The notes beneath the pieces were generated by a model that saw only the letters and a list, made by a program, of their open reading frames with translations, did not search any database and was not told the DNA's origin. 64,000 nt of DNA from Nemertoderma westbladi (Eukaryota > Animalia > Xenacoelomorpha): assembly GCA_032718475.1 (NCBI GenBank), contig JAUCBJ010002937.1:119883-183882 (forward strand), read 5' to 3'. A program made the position numbers and the translations under genes. Shown here one piece after another: positions 60,031-64,000 of the stretch; positions within the stretch are counted from its first letter, which is position 1, and each line of letters starts with the position of its first letter.

Positions 60031-60564
60031 AGTCATGGTAACCTGTGAAGAAGTGTTGTCTGAAATGCCATTTAGATGTCACTTGTCATTTTAAAGTGAT
60101 TTGTAGTCACATCTTGAATGTTTTTTATTGACATAAATATTTGTTAAAGTCATTATTTTGAAACAGAGTGGAATGAGATTAAAATGATAAAAATATTTCA
60201 AACATGGGTATATCTTTGGAACCATATATCACCGTTATAACAAACCAGGTTTAGCTCTCAGTATACCACAATTTTTCAAATCTAATATTCAATAAAATGT
60301 GGTAATTTGTTTTTAAAATAATGGTATTGTTCTAGAATGGTAGCTATTTTTCTAAAACATGTCAGTTTTCATTTAGCAGCATTCCCATGGTAACAATAAT
60401 TATATTCCAGAATTTTATGTCACATTTAGAATTGTTAGACCAGTAGCTATCTTTTTCAAAAGATGCGATGAAATTATATTTAGTTATTAGAATACTACAG
60501 CATGTATGTTGTTTTACCATTTCCATGACAACCGGTGATAACACCAAGTCAGCTACCGATTCAG

Positions 60565-60705
60565 ATTTGTTATCATATCAAAATGAATGGCCAGAAGCTA
60601 GGTCTTCCCAAAAATATAAGTTCTGGGTGGTTACCAAAAAGTATCCCCTATGCTGGCTGGCCCATGGACTATTCAGGAACTCGAGCTAAAGCTCCAGTGA
60701 TAAAG
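60565..60705 (+). CDS. Candidate internal coding exon of an unidentified host gene (47 codons, phase 0-0): ICYHIKMNGQKLGLPKNISSGWLPKSIPYAGWPMDYSGTRAKAPVIK
   Basis: TTCAG| acceptor at 60564 and AAG|GTGATT donor at 60706. The 141 nt are open in frame, visibly more GC-rich than the AT-rich flank, and give a complex protein-like peptide. I do not recognise the peptide, and the acceptor pyrimidine tract is weak. Confidence 0.4.
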
Positions 60706-60721
60706 GTGATTACTACCTAGG

Positions 60722-63700
60722 AAAGTCAAGGTAGCAATAGGGCCTGGTGGCCAAACAAAGTCAAGGTAGCAATAGGGCCTGGTGGCCAAACAAAGTCAAG
60801 GTAGCAATAGGGCCTGGTGGCCAAACAAAGTCAAGGTAGCAATAGGGCCTGGTGGCCAAACAAAGTCAAGGTAGCAATAGGGCCTGGTGGCCAAACAAAG
60901 TCAAGGTAGCAATAGGGCCTGGTGGCCAAACAAAGTCAAGGTAGCAATAGGGCCTGGTGGCCAAACAAAGTCAAGGTAGCAATAGGGCCTGGTGGCCAAA
61001 CAAAGTCAAGGTAGCAATAGGGCCTGGTGGCTAAACAAAGTCAAGGTAGCAATAGGGCCTGGTGGCCAAACAAAGTCAAGGTAGCAATAGGGCCTGGTGG
61101 CCAAACAAAGTCAAGGTAGCAATAGGGCCTGGTGGCCAAACAAAGTCAAGGTAGCAATAGGGCCTGGTGGCCAAACAAAGTCAAGGTAGCAATAGGGCCT
61201 GGTGGCCAAACAAAGTCAAGGTAGCAATAGGGCCTGGTGGCCAAACAAAGTCAAGGTAGCAATAGGGCCTGGTGGCCAAACAAAGTCAAGGTAGCAATAG
61301 GGCCTGGTGGCCAAACAAAGTCAAGGTAGCAATAGGGCCTGGTGGCCAAACAAAGTCAAGGTAGCAATAGGGCCTGGTGGCCAAACAAAGTCAAGGTAGC
61401 AATAGGGCCTGGTGGCCAAACAAAGTCAAGGTAGCAATAGGGCCTGGTGGCCAAACAAAGTCAAGGTAGCAATAGGGCCTGGTGGCCAAACAAAGTCAAG
61501 GTAGCAATAGGGCCCTTTGGCCAAACAAAGTCAAGGTAGCAATAGGGCCCTAAGGCCAAACAAAGTCAAGGTAGCAATAGGGCCTGGTGGCCAAACAAAG
61601 TCAAGGTAGCAATAGGGCCTGGTGGCCAAACAAAGTCAAGGTAGCAATAGGGCCTGGTGGCCAAACAAAGTCAAGGTAGCAATAGGGCCTGGTGGCCAAA
61701 CAAAGTCAAGGTAGCAATAGGGCCTGGTGGCCAAACAAAGTCAAGGTAGCAATAGGGCCTGGTGGCCAAACAAAGTCAAGGTAGCAATAGGGCCTGGTGG
61801 CCAAACAAAGTCAAGGTAGCAATAGGGCCTGGTGGCTAAACAAAGTCAAGGTAGCAATAGGGCCTGGTGGCCAAACAAAGTCAAGGTAGCAATAGGGCCT
61901 GGTGGCCAAACAAAGTCAAGGTAGCAATAGGGCCTGGTGGCCAAACAAAGTCAAGGTAGCAATAGGGCCTGGTGGCCAAACAAAGTCAAGGTAGCAATAG
62001 GGCCTGGTGGCCAAACAAAGTCAAGGTAGCAATAGGGCCTGGTGGCCAAACAAAGTCAAGGTAGCAATAGGGCCTGGTGGCCAAACAAAGTCAAGGTAGC
62101 AATAGGGCCTGGTGGCCAAACAAAGTCAAGGTAGCAATAGGGCCTGGTGGCCAAACAAAGTCAAGGTAGCAATAGGGCCTGGTGGCCAAACAAAGTCAAG
62201 GTAGCAATAGGGCCTGGTGGCCAAACAAAGTCAAGGTAGCAATAGGGCCTGGTGGCCAAACAAAGTCAAGGTAGCAATAGGGCCTGGTGGCCAAACAAAG
62301 TCAAGGTAGCAATAGGGCCTGGTGGCTAAACAAAGTCAAGGTAGCAATAGGGCCTGGTGGCCAAACAAAGTCAAGGTAGCAATAGGGCCTGGTGGCCAAA
62401 CAAAGTCAAGGTAGCAATAGGGCCTGGTGGCCAAACAAAGTCAAGGTAGCAATAGGGCATGGTGGCCAAACAAAGTCAAGGTAGCAATAGGGCCTGGTGG
62501 CCAAACAAAGTCAAGGTAGCAATAGGGCCTGGTGGCCAAACAAAGTCAAGGTAGCAATAGGGCCTGGTGGCCAAACAAAGTCAAGGTAGCAATAGGGCCT
62601 GGTGGCTAAACAAAGTCAAGGTAGCAATAGGGCCTGGTGGCCAAACAAAGTCAAGGTAGCAATAGGACCTGGTGGCCAAACAAAGTCAAGGTAGCAATAG
62701 GGCCTGGTGGCCAAACAAAGTCAAGGTAGCAATAGGGCCTGGTGGCCAAACAAAGTCAAGGTAGCAATAGGGCCTGGTGGCTAAACAAAGTCAAGGTAGC
62801 AATAGGGCCTGGTGGCCAAACAAAGTCAAGGTAGCAATAGGGCCTGGTGGCCAAACAAAGTCAAGGTAGCAATAGGGCCTGGTGGCCAAACAAAGTCAAG
62901 GTAGCAATAGGGCATGGTGGCCAAACAAAGTCAAGGTAGCAATAGGGCCTGGTGGCCAAACAAAGTCAAGGTAGCAATAGGGCATGGTGGCCAAACAAAG
63001 TCAAGGTAGCAATAGGGCCTGGTGGCTAAACAAAGTCAAGGTAGCAATAGGGCCTGGTGGCCAAACAAAGTCAAGGTAGCAATAGGGCCTGGTGGCTAAA
63101 CAAAGTCAAGGTAGCAATAGGGCCTGGTGGCCAAACAAAGTCAAGGTAGCAATAGGGCCTGGTGGCCAAACAAAGTCAAGGTAGCAATAGGGCCTGGTGG
63201 CCAAACAAAGTCAAGGTAGCAATAGGGCCTGGTGGCCAAACAAAGTCAAGGTAGCAATAGGGCCTGGTGGCCAAACAAAGTCAAGGTAGCAATAGGGCCT
63301 GGTGGCCAAACAAAGTCAAGGTAGCAATAGGGCCTGGTGGCCAAACAAAGTCAAGGTAGCAATAGGGCTTGGTGGCCAAACAAAGTCAAGGTAGCAATAG
63401 GGCCTGGTGGCCAAACAAAGTCAAGGTAGCAATAGGGCCCTTTGGCCAAACAAAGTCAAGGTAGCAATAGGGCCCTAAGGCCAAACAAAGTCAAGGTAGC
63501 AATAGGGCCTGGTGGCCAAACAAAGTCAAGGTAGCAATAGGGCCTGGTGGCCAAACAAAGTCAAGGTAGCAATAGGGCTTGGTGGCCAAACAAAGTCAAG
63601 GTAGCAATAGGGCCTGGTGGCCAAACAAAGTCAAGGTAGCAATAGGGCCTGGTGGCCAAACAAAGTCAAGGTAGCAATAGGGCCTGGTGGCCAAACAAAG

Positions 63701-63945
63701 TCAAGGTAGCAATAGGGCCTGGTGGCCAAACAAAGTCAAGGTAGCAATAGGGCCTGGTGGCCAAACAAAGTCAAGGTAGCAATAGGGCCTGGTGGCTAAA
63801 CAAAGTCAAGGTAGCAATAGGGCCTGGTGGCCAAACAAAGTCAAGGTAGCAATAGGGCCTGGTGGCCAAACAAAGTCAAGGTAGCAATAGGGCCTGGTGG
63901 CCAAACAAAGTCAAGGTGGCAATAGGGCCTGGTGGCCAAACAAAG
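60722..63945. repeat. 35-bp minisatellite (AAAGTCAAGGTAGCAATAGGGCCTGGTGGCCAAAC), about 92 copies, no indels seen
   Basis: Period of 35 read directly; 3224/35 = 92. Only scattered substitutions (GGCTAAA, GGCATGG, GGCTTGG, GGACCTG) and two recurring multi-base variants occur. Confidence 0.99.
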
Positions 63946-63957
63946 GAAAGATCATGT

Positions 63958-64000
63958 GTATTTTATATATTTGTATTTTATGTATTTTACTTTTATATAG
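63958..64000 (+). promoter_or_regulatory. Possible 3' splice site (T-rich tract ending in TAG at the window edge)
   Basis: ...TTTGTATTTTATGTATTTTACTTTTATATAG. The downstream sequence is not visible. Confidence 0.3.

Noticed and set aside
59190-60041. + strand repeat proteins (TLTQGTLTLGTVPGVAT, resembling autotransporter or antifreeze repeats; NINIRYSAGCR)
   Set aside because: These are translations of the 51-bp minisatellite with no non-repetitive domain and near-identical DNA units lacking synonymous divergence.
55765-60060. Target-site duplication for the LINE
   Set aside because: The sequence next to the tail (TTCTGGTCAGGAT) is not repeated near either candidate 5' end; L2/CR1 insertions often lack clear TSDs.
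60722-63945. Chi-like (CCTGGTGG vs GCTGGTGG) or SfiI-like sites, or a CRISPR array, in the 35-mer
   Set aside because: The Chi match is only 7/8 and Chi is a bacterial RecBCD signal. The GGCC spacing is 4 nt rather than 5, and there are no spacers.

Overview
Eukaryotic (probably animal, inferred from the L2/CR1-type LINE), repeat-dominated window with no prokaryotic genes or CRISPR. Bases 1-55166 are one very homogeneous satellite array (roughly 1,200 units, open at the left edge). It is an irregular mix of a 47-bp and a 42-bp version of the same monomer. Its sequence variants form nested layers and local higher-order duplications, and all ORFs called over it are by-products of the repeat. 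After about 0.6 kb of AT-rich unique DNA comes a minus-strand L2/CR1-group non-LTR retrotransposon with an APE endonuclease, a reverse transcriptase, one frameshift, a 3' stem-loop and a (TTA)n tail. Its ORF2 reading frame stays open through an adjacent 51-bp minisatellite. Next are a candidate 141-nt host exon on the + strand and a 35-bp minisatellite of about 92 copies that appears to fill almost an entire intron. I found no convincing new biological system. The best leads are the in-frame tandem-repeat extension of LINE ORF2, the hairpin/no-hairpin dimorphic satellite with layered variants, palindrome-perfecting variants in two arrays, and the possible intronic location of the repeats.
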